A stretch of 64,000 nt of DNA, taken from NCBI GenBank assembly GCA_965214835.1, contig CBDCCK010000002.1:2240001-2304000 (forward strand), given 5' to 3'. The notes under the pieces were generated by a model. It searched no databases. It was not told where the DNA came from and saw only the letters and a list, made by a program, of their open reading frames with translations. Position numbers and translations under genes: made by a program. Shown piece after piece: positions 50,802 to 61,162 of this stretch. The first letter of the stretch is position 1. Every line of letters starts with the position of its first letter. This DNA is from Nitrosopumilaceae archaeon. Its GTDB lineage: Archaea; Thermoproteota; Nitrososphaeria; Nitrososphaerales; Nitrosopumilaceae.

Positions 50802-51803
50802 GTGCAAATCGGGATCTACACATCAGGTGCCTCCGAATCCTCAATCAAGAGGATAAGAAAGGTTCTAGACTATGCAGACATTGCCAATTTTATCATCGGG
50901 CCCAAGTCAAAATCCAAAAAGGCCGACTGTGTCCTGGTCTTGGGCGGAGACAGGGGCGTCCGGAACTACTTTCACAGGACCTTTGATGCGACCACCCCCG
51001 TTGTCGGGATGAGCGAAGGCGAGTCCAGCGGCTTTTTGGCCCAGATCGACTATAAGGAGTTTACATCCCACGTCTCCCGCCTGAAGACGAAAAACTACAA
51101 GATAGAGGAGGTTCCCAGACTCGGCGTCAAGGTGGATGGAAAAAACGTGTACCCCGTCCTCAACGATGTGGCAGTCTTCTCCTCAAAAAGCGCAATGCTG
51201 ATGGAGCACACCCTGAGGGTAAACGGCCAGGAGGTGTGGCACGACAGCGGCGACGGCATAATAGTCTCCACACCCATCGGCTCGTCTGCATACTCGATGT
51301 CTGCAGGCGGCCCCGTGATATTTCAAGAGTCACCGGTGTTTGGCATAATCTCTGTGAACTCCCTTGACGTCACGCGCCGCCCGCTGGTCGTCTCAAACGA
51401 CAGCTGCATAGAGATAGACGACATCTATGCAAGGCTGCACTGTGAGGTGGTGCTAGACGGAATCGACCGCTACAGCGTCAAAAAGCTGGTAGAGTGCGCC
51501 AAATTCTCCCCGCCTGCAAGGATAATCCGGCTAAAGGAGAACTCCACTGCGATCTCCGCACTTGCAAAGAAGGTCAACCTTGCAAAGGAGCTGCTCAGCA
51601 TGCCCCCGAGCTCCAAGCTGCTGCTCAAGACGCTAGAGTACGAGGGCGCGCTTACGCAAAAGGATCTTGCAAACAAGACCCTGCTTCCGGAGAGGACCGT
51701 GCGGCTGGCCCTCAGCCACCTCCTGGAGAAGGGATACGTCAAAAGGAAGATCTCCATCCGGGACGCCCGGCAAAAAATTTACGAGATACCGGAATTGGAA
51801 TAA
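50802..51803 (+). CDS. NAD(+) kinase with C-terminal MarR-type HTH
   Basis: LGGDRG, LNDV, GDGIIVSTPIGSSAYSMSAGG; C-terminal LTQKDLA...DARQKIY. Confidence 0.88.
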   Translation: MQIGIYTSGASESSIKRIRKVLDYADIANFIIGPKSKSKKADCVLVLGGDRGVRNYFHRTFDATTPVVGMSEGESSGFLAQIDYKEFTSHVSRLKTKNYKIEEVPRLGVKVDGKNVYPVLNDVAVFSSKSAMLMEHTLRVNGQEVWHDSGDGIIVSTPIGSSAYSMSAGGPVIFQESPVFGIISVNSLDVTRRPLVVSNDSCIEIDDIYARLHCEVVLDGIDRYSVKKLVECAKFSPPARIIRLKENSTAISALAKKVNLAKELLSMPPSSKLLLKTLEYEGALTQKDLANKTLLPERTVRLALSHLLEKGYVKRKISIRDARQKIYEIPELE

Positions 51804-51816
51804 ATAGCAGGCTGGC

Positions 51817-52251
51817 ATGCAGGACAGCATGCCTGAAAAAGTCTGGGTGGGCTCGATCTTCATCAAGGACGAGGGCGGGTTTGACATCATCATGCGCGCC
51901 CTGAACCACTACAACCGCCGCCTGCACCGCATCTCTGACAGCCCCGAGATTGCCGGTGCCGGGGCGATGTTTGCCTCCATCCTGCAGTCCGAGTCCGTGA
52001 GGACTGCCCCCCGGCTCAGGCCGATTGCCGACAGACTGCGTGCTGGACTGGCCGACGCATCGGCGCTTGCCGCACTGGAGGACGACATTGAGATCATCGA
52101 AAAGGCAATGGTCTGCTACAGGTCTGACTCCCAAAAGGCCATCGAGAATGTCGACGGGTACTACACAGGGCTGGCAGAGGGAAACAAATACTATCGGCAG
52201 GACGTCAAAATTCTGGACGACTGCATCGCGAGGCTAAAAAGGTACGACTAG
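51817..52251 (+). CDS. hypothetical protein
   Basis: 144-aa ORF co-oriented with the kinase genes. Confidence 0.7.
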   Translation: MQDSMPEKVWVGSIFIKDEGGFDIIMRALNHYNRRLHRISDSPEIAGAGAMFASILQSESVRTAPRLRPIADRLRAGLADASALAALEDDIEIIEKAMVCYRSDSQKAIENVDGYYTGLAEGNKYYRQDVKILDDCIARLKRYD

Positions 52252-53846
52252 CCTGCCGAGGCTGCCACAAACGCCTCAAATGCCCCCTCGGGATATCCCG
52301 GACGGCTGTTGAACTCGGGATGGTACTGGACCCCAAGGTAGAACCTGTGATCTGGAATCTCAAGTATCTCCATTCTCTTGCCCCCGTCGCTCTCGCCGGT
52401 AAACTGCAGCCCCTTGTCTGAGAACTCCTCGATGAAATCCCGGTTGATCTCGTACCTGTGCCGGTGCCGCTTTGATATGACCTCAGAGTCGTAGATTTTC
52501 CTTGCAAGCGTGTTGTCCCTGATCTGAATGTCGTTTGCACCCAGCCTCAGTGAGCCCCCCATCTCTGATACGCCCCTTTGCTCCGGCAGCAGGTCTACCA
52601 CCGGATGGCTTGTCTGGGGGTCGATCTCAGTGGAGTTGGCATCGGCGTATCTGCATACGCTTCTTCCAAAGGCCACCGCGGCCAGCTGGAATCCAAAGCA
52701 GATTCCAAGATACGGCGTGTTGCTCTCCCTTGCAAAGTCTGCGGCCCGTATGATTCCCTCCGATCCACGGGTTCCAAACCCTCCGGGCACCAGGATTCCG
52801 TGGTGGCCGCTTAGCTTTGAGAGGTCTCCTAGCTCGTCTGAGTCAATCCAGTCGATTGACACTGATCTTCCCACCTTTGCACCCGCGTGCCTGAGGGCGT
52901 GGTTTACGCTGACATAGCTGTCTGCCAGCGTAACGTACTTTCCGACCATTGCGATGCTTATCTCCCCGTTGGAGTGGTTCGTCATGTCGTGTACAATCCT
53001 TGCCCATCGCTCCCACCCATCGGCGGTGCCTACCAGGCCCGCCTTGCCGAACTTTTTGAAGATTGCGTCTATGACTCCCTGCTCGTACAGGATCTGGGGC
53101 ACCATCAGGATGGACTTTACGTCATGGCACGATAGGACGTCCCCTGTACCTACGTTGGTAAACAGTGCGATTTTTTGCTTGGTCTTGTCCTGCAGTGGCT
53201 CGGCGCACCTGACTGCCAGCAGATCCGGCTGGATGCCGATTCTCCTCAGTTCCTGAACGCTGTGCTGCGTGGGCTTTGTCTTTTGCTCCCCCACCACGTC
53301 TAGCGACGGCGCCAGTGTGACGTGAACGAAAATCACGTTTTCTGCCCCCTCCTCGACCCTGATCTGCCTTAATGCCTCAAGAAACGGCAGGCTCTCGATA
53401 TCGCCCACGGTTCCGCCGCACTCTACGACTAGGACATCCAGTCCCTCGTTGCATGCGACCGTCCTGACGCGCCGCTTAATCTCATCAGTTACGTGTGGGA
53501 TGATCTGAACGCAGGCTCCAAGGTACCTTCCCTTTCTTTCTGCCTCTATCACGCTTGAGTATACCTGTGCTGTGGTTATGTTGTGGGACTTTGGAATGTC
53601 CTGGTTTAGGAACCTCTCATAGTTGCCTATATCCATGTCGCACTCCCCCCCGTCGTCGGTTACAAAGACCTCTCCGTGTGCAACGGGATTCATGGTTCCC
53701 GCATCATAGTTCAGGTACGGATCAATCTTGATGCATGACACCCTTTGGTTTGATAACTGCAGCAGCTTTGCAATCGAGGAGGCCGTGACGCCCTTTCCGA
53801 GGCCCGACATGACGCCGCCTGTTACGAAGATGAACTTTGTCTGCAC
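52248..53846 (-). CDS. pyrG: CTP synthase
   Basis: GGVMSGLGKG, KTKPTQHSV, GICFGFQ, QYHPE. Confidence 0.97.
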   Translation of the reverse strand: MQTKFIFVTGGVMSGLGKGVTASSIAKLLQLSNQRVSCIKIDPYLNYDAGTMNPVAHGEVFVTDDGGECDMDIGNYERFLNQDIPKSHNITTAQVYSSVIEAERKGRYLGACVQIIPHVTDEIKRRVRTVACNEGLDVLVVECGGTVGDIESLPFLEALRQIRVEEGAENVIFVHVTLAPSLDVVGEQKTKPTQHSVQELRRIGIQPDLLAVRCAEPLQDKTKQKIALFTNVGTGDVLSCHDVKSILMVPQILYEQGVIDAIFKKFGKAGLVGTADGWERWARIVHDMTNHSNGEISIAMVGKYVTLADSYVSVNHALRHAGAKVGRSVSIDWIDSDELGDLSKLSGHHGILVPGGFGTRGSEGIIRAADFARESNTPYLGICFGFQLAAVAFGRSVCRYADANSTEIDPQTSHPVVDLLPEQRGVSEMGGSLRLGANDIQIRDNTLARKIYDSEVISKRHRHRYEINRDFIEEFSDKGLQFTGESDGGKRMEILEIPDHRFYLGVQYHPEFNSRPGYPEGAFEAFVAASAG

Positions 53847-53912
53847 ATATGGGAAACGGCTGTCGGGCTTTTGTATGTTTTGTCTTGGCTGGCCTGCTGC
53901 TTCATATGAAAA

Positions 53913-54161
53913 TTAGTTCCGCCCCTCACTGGCATACTTCATTTTGAGTCGCTTTTCCTGATCGCCTCGGGGGCCTCCCGGCTCCGACGGATCAGTCAGC
54001 TTCAATATGCCTGGATTGATCTGACCGTGCTCGTCAAAGAACCCGTCGGACTCATCCACATACTCGGGATCTGCATACAGTTTGTCATATTTTTTATTCA
54101 GTTCGGATATCTCGGACTTTGGTACCCGGCTTACATGTTCCAACAGATCACTGCGGCTCAT
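53913..54161 (-). CDS. hypothetical protein
   Basis: 82-aa ORF in an AT-rich insert. Confidence 0.5.
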   Translation of the reverse strand: MSRSDLLEHVSRVPKSEISELNKKYDKLYADPEYVDESDGFFDEHGQINPGILKLTDPSEPGGPRGDQEKRLKMKYASEGRN

Positions 54162-54499
54162 GCTTCCCAGGCGCTTTACATGTTCAATGTATTCCTCGAC
54201 GGTTCTTATGATATTTCACTCCTTGTATAATATGTGTCCAGCTCTTTTGAGCCTTTTCGTCCGGTGGGACGGGACATTAACTGGTGTTTATTCTCCTTGG
54301 GACACGTCGGGTGCTGGAAATCGGCTATTTGAAGACTTAACTGGATAATTGCATTGGAATCATCGGCGTGGTGGCCTTAACTGGTCAATCAGGTGTTGTG
54401 GATTTACACAACATCCATTGTTTTTAGTTAATAGACATTATGTGTAATCGACCTGAATGAGGCGAATCTGTTCGTAATAATCCCAGATCTGAACCTACT

Positions 54500-54729
54500 A
54501 CGCAAAGTCTAATGCCGTCAAGCTCAAACCTCGCGATCCACACCTGTACGGTACGCCGTGTCACGCCGGCAGTCTCCGCGGTCTGCGGTGGTGCTGCCAG
54601 GCAGCACGGAGCGCACCGCCGGGATTCTGGTGTGAGTCTTGAGATCCTTTTCGACACGCGTGGCATCAGTGAGGATTTTCGTCTCGTCCATGCAATGGTG
54701 CCATGGCGGAGATCTGTAAACATTCGCAA
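54500..54729 (-). pseudogene. IS630-like transposase N-terminal HTH remnant
   Basis: TAETAGVTRRTVQVWIARFELDGI. Confidence 0.5.
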
Positions 54730-54778
54730 GACGCGTAATCAGGCAAAGTCTTCAATGAGCATCAGTATGGGCCTGATC

Positions 54779-56134
54779 TCATGGCTGCCTGGAAAAGTTG
54801 TCCATGATCATGCAGACGGACTTTGTGGTCTTTTGCAGCAGGTCAACCCTGGCAAACTCGTTTGGGGAGTGGATGCGCCCAAAGATGTAGGTGCCCCCAA
54901 AGGAGATGCATGGGGCCCCCAGCACCTTGACGAAGGAGTGCATAGGCCCGGTTCCCGCGTTTGAGACGTTGAGGACGGATCTGCCAAAGATCCTGTCCGC
55001 TGCGTCCCTGACGCTCCGAACCATCGGATCCCCGGGGTCTGTCCTGGCCGCAGCCTCGCCGTGAAATATCCTGATCTTGACGTCGCCGAACCCCCCGTCC
55101 CTGAGGTGCCGCCTCAGCCTTGAGGCCTGCCTTGAGGGAATCATTCCGGGGGTGAGCCTAAAGTCAATCTTTGCCGTGGCGCTGCCGGGCAGGACGGTCT
55201 TTGCGCCCTCCCCCGAGTACCCGGAGTGGAGCCCGGCAATGTTGCAGGTGGCACCCCCGACCAGCGCCTTTTTTGCATCAAGCCCGGTCATGCCTCCGAC
55301 AAACTGCCGTATCCCAAATTCCCTCTTGAACGAGCCGGCATCAAAGGGCTCGGCACTGATCAGCTCGATGTCCTGCCTTGTAAGCGGGACTGCCTCCCTG
55401 TACCAGTCCTTGATGAGGATTTTTCCGTCAGGGCTCCTAAGCGTCCCTATCGCCTCTACCAGCCGCCATGCGGGGTTTTTGATCAGGACCGCCAGGCTGG
55501 AGTGGGCGTCCCGGACGGACTCGCGTACGGACAGCTCTACGAACAGCAGTCCCTTCATCCCAAGTCCGATTATCGGCCGGTTCTTGGCATCGACATAGCC
55601 AAACTCCCAGATCACGCCGTCGCATGCGAATTTTTTCCTGTACCGTACAAGATAGCGCTCGATGTGCTCGCTGCCGGTCTCCTCCTCGCCCTCGATGACG
55701 AACTTGACATTGCATGGAACGTCTCCGGCAACCCTGAGAAATGCCTCGACTGCCTTGATCCGGGTGATCAGCTCGCCCTTGTCGTCGGCTGCCCCGCGGC
55801 CAAAGATCCTGTTTCCCCGGATTTTGCCCTCAAAGGGTGGATCGTCCCACAGGTCAAGCGGCTCGGCAGGCTGGACGTCGTAATGGTTGTAAAACATCAG
55901 GGTTCTGCCAGGGTTTGACTTTGATTTTACCTCGCCGAAGACGACGGGTGCGGCGCCCCTCATGCGCAAAATCCTAGAGGGTATCCCTGCGTCCCTGAGC
56001 ATTTTTGAGACGAGTGCGGCGCACTCTTGTATCCCCTCGTTTTTTGCAGAGACGCTTGGCTGCCGGATCAGGGTCTGAAGGTCTGCAAGCAGGCCGTCCA
56101 TGTTTTGATCAACATGTCTGAGGATTTTTTTCAT
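54779..56134 (-). CDS. M20/M25/M40 metallo-hydrolase
   Basis: YNHYDVQP, GRGAADDKG, EGEEETGS, HSPNE. Confidence 0.92.
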   Translation of the reverse strand: MKKILRHVDQNMDGLLADLQTLIRQPSVSAKNEGIQECAALVSKMLRDAGIPSRILRMRGAAPVVFGEVKSKSNPGRTLMFYNHYDVQPAEPLDLWDDPPFEGKIRGNRIFGRGAADDKGELITRIKAVEAFLRVAGDVPCNVKFVIEGEEETGSEHIERYLVRYRKKFACDGVIWEFGYVDAKNRPIIGLGMKGLLFVELSVRESVRDAHSSLAVLIKNPAWRLVEAIGTLRSPDGKILIKDWYREAVPLTRQDIELISAEPFDAGSFKREFGIRQFVGGMTGLDAKKALVGGATCNIAGLHSGYSGEGAKTVLPGSATAKIDFRLTPGMIPSRQASRLRRHLRDGGFGDVKIRIFHGEAAARTDPGDPMVRSVRDAADRIFGRSVLNVSNAGTGPMHSFVKVLGAPCISFGGTYIFGRIHSPNEFARVDLLQKTTKSVCMIMDNFSRQP

Positions 56135-56994
56135 TTTATCACATCAAATGGTCTCATTGCGGCAGGAATCTCCGGGATCAGATCCATGGATGTGATGTGC
56201 AGGCCCATCTTTTTCTGTGCAAGCCTTCCGGCATTGCCGTTTACCAGCGCGGCGGCTGCTGCAGACTCTACAGCCTTTCTGTTTTTGGCAAGCAGCCCGG
56301 CGACGAGTCCGGACAGGACGTCCCCGGTACCGCCGACTGTCATCGCCGGGGTTTTTTTGGGGTTGATGTAGGTAGACCTGCCGTCTGTGACGATGTCAGT
56401 CGCCCCCTTTAGAAGGATTGTAATCCCGTGTTCCCTTGCGAGCCTCTCGGCTGCGGGTATTCTCCGCCCCAGGCCCTCGGGGGGGCTTTGCCCGAAGAGC
56501 CTCTTGAACTCCCCGGAGTGGGGCGTTACTACCACGTTTCTGCCCGAGAGCAGCGGCAGGACGTCGGGAATCAGCGCGCCGGCATCCAGTGACAGCCGCA
56601 CGTCGCCATCCAGCAGGGACTTTACCAGGTTCTTCAGTGCGACTGCCTCGTGAACTGCCAGGCCCATGCCGATGGCCGCAGAGTCCAGGCTCTTGGGGAC
56701 CAGTCCCAGCAGCTTGGTGACAGAGCCCCGGGTGAGCTTCTGGTCGGCCATCGGCAGGACTATCAGGTTCGGTGATACTGCGCGGGCCGCGCCGGCGTGG
56801 ATCTTCGGTACTGCTGTATAGACCAGATCGGTGCCGCTCCTTAGCGCGGCCAGCGAGGACAGTATCGGCGCGCCATGATATATGTGGCTCCCGCCCACGA
56901 CTAGGACCGTCCCGTTGGCGCCTTTTCGGGAGCAGGCCACCCTGGCAGGAATGAACTTTTTGACGATTGAGGGGGTCAGTTTAGTGCCTTTCAA
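56131..56994 (-). CDS. nnrD: ADP-dependent NAD(P)H-hydrate dehydratase
   Basis: KG.NG.VLVVGGS..YHGAP, TPHSGEF, GGTGDVLSG. Confidence 0.88.
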   Translation of the reverse strand: MKGTKLTPSIVKKFIPARVACSRKGANGTVLVVGGSHIYHGAPILSSLAALRSGTDLVYTAVPKIHAGAARAVSPNLIVLPMADQKLTRGSVTKLLGLVPKSLDSAAIGMGLAVHEAVALKNLVKSLLDGDVRLSLDAGALIPDVLPLLSGRNVVVTPHSGEFKRLFGQSPPEGLGRRIPAAERLAREHGITILLKGATDIVTDGRSTYINPKKTPAMTVGGTGDVLSGLVAGLLAKNRKAVESAAAAALVNGNAGRLAQKKMGLHITSMDLIPEIPAAMRPFDVIK

Positions 56995-57017
56995 CTTGGA
57001 TCATCGCAGGGGCCGTC

Positions 57018-57350
57018 TTATTTTGATTTTTTCGTCCTCTTCAGCCTTTCGTCAAAGAACGCCTTTCGTCCAAAGCACAGGTATGTGGTATGGCCTATGC
57101 CCTGGAAGGAGTGGCGCGTCTTTCCCTCACGCGCATCAATGTGTCTGAGGATAAGCTCGGTGGACTCGATGTCCGTAAACTCGCTTTGCGTCAGGGCCGC
57201 CGTCAGCCTTTCGAGCTGGTTCATCGTGGGACAGACCGCACCGCTGCCCCTGAGCATGTACCTGATCTTGGGGATCACGGTTCAGGGGTCGCCGAGATCG
57301 ATTAGCGCGACGTCGGCGTTTCTGACCGGCGTGATGTTTGCAGCCAGTAT
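57018..57350 (-). pseudogene. trmI: tRNA (adenine-N1)-methyltransferase TrmI, 3' fragment
   Basis: DVALIDLGDP*TVIP...CPTMNQL...E.ILRHIDAREGKTR...GHTTYL.FGRK; W codon mutated to TGA, 5' part missing. Confidence 0.75.
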
Positions 57351-57368
57351 AAATAGAACCTGACGTTG

Positions 57369-57392
57369 TACATAAAATATATATTTTATGTA
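57369..57392. promoter_or_regulatory. perfect 24-bp palindrome over the AbiEi promoter (putative operator)
   Basis: TACATAAAATAT|ATATTTTATGTA, 25 nt upstream of ATG 57417. Confidence 0.6.
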
Positions 57393-57416
57393 TACATACT
57401 ACCTTTGAAAGACAGG

Positions 57417-58238
57417 ATGGTTACATATAATATAAGACTCGGGCCACAAGAGACCAAGCTTTTGTTCAGTCTGGAAGAGAATGGAGTAAGCGTCTTTACT
57501 ACAGAAGATGCCAAAAAAATACTTGCTTCAGGATCAGCATCGACTTGGTCGGTAGTTAGCGGCCTTAAGAAAAAAGGCCGGGTCAGGCAAGTCGAGAGGG
57601 GAAAATACCTGCTTATACCTGCAAGAGCAGGGGTGGAAGGTTACTGGGCCGAGTCGCCATGGGTCATAGTCCCACACCTAATTGACGTCTACTATGTTGG
57701 ATTTTGGACGGCTATGAATTACTGGGGGATGACAGAACAAATCCCCTACACGGTTTTTGTGGCAACAACAAAAAGGAAAAAGAAAAGGATCTTAAAATTT
57801 GGAAATCAAAAATTTGAATTTGTAACTTTATCAAAGAAAAAGTTCTTCGGGTTTGTTGAACAAAAAGCAAGCAAAGCAGAAACCTTCAACATCTCTTCAA
57901 AAGAAAAGACAATCATTGACGGCTTAACGCATCCTGAATATTGTGGTGGCATGCCTGAGGTCGCAAAGGCGATGTGGAATGCAAGGGATGATGTAAGCTG
58001 GTCAGCAGTGTTAGAGATGTCAAAGAGATCCGGGGTTGGTGCAGTCTTGAGGAGGCTGGGATACCTTCTAAGCATTTTAGATATCGAGCAAGGAATTGCA
58101 AATGATCTAAAAAACACCTTCAAAGGATATCACTTTCTTGATCCGAACGCGACAAAGGAAATACTGGATTATTCTAAAGAATATGGACTGATCATCAACA
58201 GGAGCAGGAATCGGCTATTGGGTTGGAGGGAATACTGA
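57417..58238 (+). CDS. type IV TA antitoxin AbiEi-family regulator
   Basis: wHTH (LKKKG...ERGKYL), YYVGFWTAMNYWGMTEQIP, EKTIIDGL.HPEYCGG, RRLGYLL. Confidence 0.85.
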   Translation: MVTYNIRLGPQETKLLFSLEENGVSVFTTEDAKKILASGSASTWSVVSGLKKKGRVRQVERGKYLLIPARAGVEGYWAESPWVIVPHLIDVYYVGFWTAMNYWGMTEQIPYTVFVATTKRKKKRILKFGNQKFEFVTLSKKKFFGFVEQKASKAETFNISSKEKTIIDGLTHPEYCGGMPEVAKAMWNARDDVSWSAVLEMSKRSGVGAVLRRLGYLLSILDIEQGIANDLKNTFKGYHFLDPNATKEILDYSKEYGLIINRSRNRLLGWREY

Positions 58239-58330
58239 TGGATGATAAAACGATGCGAAAATTAGCTACAAAAAAAAGAGTCCCGATTGGAACAATCGAA
58301 AAAGATTACACAGTTACAGGTATTCTTTTA
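58238..58330 (+). pseudogene. AbiEii nucleotidyltransferase toxin, N-terminal stub cut by IS630
   Basis: MDDKTMRKLATKKRVPIGTIEKDYTVTGILL (EKDY motif); start overlaps the antitoxin stop (TGATG). Confidence 0.75.
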
Positions 58331-59460
58331 GTATTCACGTCAGCCATTTGTTCATCTCCACCACCTTTATCTCGCCCCTGCGCAGCATGACGCGCAAGGA
58401 TTTCTGCATTGTGTCGACTGTCTTGTAAAGGCAGTTTGCAGTCGCCTTTTTCAGCCCGCGCCACTGTCCCTCCGGATTGTTCAGCTCCGGCGTGTACGGC
58501 GGCAGGTACCGTATCACCACATCCCCGTTCCACCCGGCCATCTTTCTCTTGAGTTCTGTAGACTTGTGGTACGATGCATTGTCCACGAACAGCAGCACCC
58601 TGCCGTACTTGCGGCGTAGCGCCTTGAGAAACTTGAAGAATGTGTACCTGTCGGCCTTTTTGTAAAAGCGGCAGTCAAAGCCGTTCTTTGAGAGGGATCC
58701 TATGGCATAGAACCTCTTCCTCGACAGGTTGGACGGCGTAAAGACAGGCTCTCCTACGGGGTACCAGCTGTTCTTGACGTTCCATCCCAGGATGAACGAG
58801 GACTCGTCCCCTATCATTACCGTGTACCCCTTCTTCGAATAGTACCTCGCGCACCGCCCAGCTTTTTTTTGAACTCCTCTTTCTCGGATTCCGTGGCTGA
58901 TTTTGGGTGTTTTGGGCGCGGCCTTCTGCACGAAAAGCCGATTCTGTGCAGCAGGTCGCATATGCCCATGGACGCATACGTGATGCCGAACCTCCTTTTG
59001 ACGTGGGCGATGACCAGCGTCCCGGTCCATGTTGCCACCTCAAAGCCGCAGTTTTGCGGGCCCTCAATCAGGTCTGCGCGCAGCTGCTCAAGCTGCTTCC
59101 TGTCGAACCTGCACGGGGCGCCGTGCCTTATGTCAAACCTGCCCTCCAGGCCGTGCTCGTGTGCGCGCACCAGCCAGTACCGTATGGTTCCATATGGCCT
59201 GTCCAGATTCTCGGCAATCTGGTATATGCTCATGCCGCACTTTCTCATATAATAGACCAGAAGCTTGATGGCTGCCTTGCCGTTCTTCTCGGACTTGTGC
59301 ATCCTAAAAAGCTCGTCCTTGCTTGCTATCCCGTACAGGAACTGCGTTCCCGTCGGTAGTTCCTTTTTTCCTTTCATGTGTATGTATGGGACTGGCAGAT
59401 CTTAGATCCTTTGGTTGAAAAAAATTCTCTTTTTTGTAATCAATTGGTAGCAGTGAATAC
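58331..59460 (-). mobile_element. IS630-family element with two-ORF transposase (58817-59377 and 58335-about 58870; -1 frameshift at an A-run)
   Basis: Ends GTATTCAC/GTGAATAC with TA flanks; GDESS, VDNASYH, YTPELNNPE; A8 slippery run at about 58863-58870 on the minus strand. Confidence 0.88.
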
Positions 59461-59462
59461 TA

Positions 59463-60448
59463 CGGCATTCTGGAGGAGATACGGCACTCAGAGTCCAGAG
59501 GCGACGAGACGGGCTGGTTTTTCAACGGGGCAGGCCACTGGGTATGGGTGCTTGTGACAAAATTCTCCGTATTCTACCACATAGCGCCGTCCCGCTCGGG
59601 CGACGTCATAGATTCCTTGATGGCATCATTTGAAGGCATAGTGACATCTGACTCGTACTCGGCGTGGAACCGCATAGGATGCATGCGCCAAAAGTGCCTG
59701 CTGCACTACCTTCGGGACATGCACCTGACGCTGGATAAAAACGGTAGCGCCGAGTTTGCCACGCTGTTTTACAGGCTCCACTGTATCCTAAAGGACACAA
59801 TAGACGCGGGCAGGGCCACGCCCGAGGAGATGCAGTGCCTAAAATATCGCGTGTACAAGCTTGCCTCGGCCGCATACACGGACACGGACTGCATCAGATA
59901 CACAAAGCGCCTCAAAAGGGAGGTCGACGACCTGTTTACGTTCCTGGAGCATTACGACGTCGAATATCACAACAACGGCAGCGAGAGGGCGCTGCGCATG
60001 ATGGCCGTGATACGAAAGATCCTGTACGGAAACAGGTCAGAAAAGGGCATGAAAATGACCGAGACCATGTGTACCGTATACGCCACGTGCGAGATGCGCG
60101 GCGTCAGCTTTTACTCGTTCGTAACGGACTATCTTGACGGAAGGGTCACGGAGATCCCGATGCCTGCTCAGTGCGTCGGTGCAGTGGCAGCATAAACAAA
60201 GGCACGACAGGCCCCGCCGGCACGCCCTGAAATCGATCCAGATGCGCAGGACTGCTGCCATGGCACGGTTATACAATGATGGCAGTGACGGCGGTAGACG
60301 TTACGCCGTACATTCGGCTCCGGCCCGGCACCGCTACAGTTCGGATTCCCAAAAACACGGCAGTTTGTGCCAAAATCCAGCTTCCAGAGCCCGATCAAAC
60401 AGATTCGTGCTTGGAATCAGGAACAGCTTCCAGAGTCCGAGCTGTTAT
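59463..60448 (+). mobile_element. IS66-family element, 3' part (transposase fragment ending 60195, plus right end)
   Basis: DETGW, SDSYSAW, QKCLLH, HNNGSERALR; right end cttccagagtccgagctgttat. Confidence 0.85.
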
Positions 60449-60544
60449 TGATCAAGGAATTTCTGTTGATCATGGAAAACCGACCAGATCTGGTCAGAAA
60501 TACATGATTAAAAGTATAAAACATGACCAAAAGCATACCAGAAT

Positions 60545-61147
60545 GTGCCAAGTTTCAAATCCCGATACGCGTATCCTTTGATGTATTACATGCTGTCTCA
60601 CAAGCAATTCAAGCAACGCCAGATGGCACGCGATTTAGAATATAGGCAGGGGGGAAGCATTAGTGGTTTTGTAAACTGGTTGGAGGAATTGAAAATGGTT
60701 GAGAAAACCAAAGATACCCTACATAGAACCCTCACCTACAAAGTTCCATCACCGCTGAGTTTGATAAGATTTTACAGTAATTTTCGAAAAATGAGTGACT
60801 TGCGAATAACTAGAGACATGGGGGACGATAGAGACGCAGCAGTTGAATTTTTCAAAAAAAATAACGGTATTTTTTGTTTAACATCTGCCCTGGAGCACTA
60901 TACGGAATATGTAAGGGATCTCGCAATTCACGTTTACGTTGATGAAAAATACTGGAATGAAATGGCAAATACAAACACGGAGGGGAGTGTACGAGTAAAT
61001 TTGTATGCATTTAAGCCGTGTAGAGAAGACAACATCACTAAAATCAATGGAATGAAACTAACTAATCGTTTACGGACATTGATTGATCTGTATTGTGATG
61101 ACAAAGCTTATGCTGCAGAACCGTTAATCAAAGAGTTATGGGCCTAA
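60545..61147 (+). CDS. wHTH plus AbiEi-like antitoxin/regulator
   Basis: N-terminal wHTH (FKQRQMARDL..SISGFVNWLEE), CLTSAL, IHVYV, LRTLIDLY. Confidence 0.65.
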   Translation: MPSFKSRYAYPLMYYMLSHKQFKQRQMARDLEYRQGGSISGFVNWLEELKMVEKTKDTLHRTLTYKVPSPLSLIRFYSNFRKMSDLRITRDMGDDRDAAVEFFKKNNGIFCLTSALEHYTEYVRDLAIHVYVDEKYWNEMANTNTEGSVRVNLYAFKPCREDNITKINGMKLTNRLRTLIDLYCDDKAYAAEPLIKELWA

Positions 61148-61162
61148 CATCTGATGATTATG

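Noticed and set aside
50802-51803. NAD kinase-HTH fusion as a novelty
   Set aside because: From recall, this is the usual architecture in this lineage's core genome.
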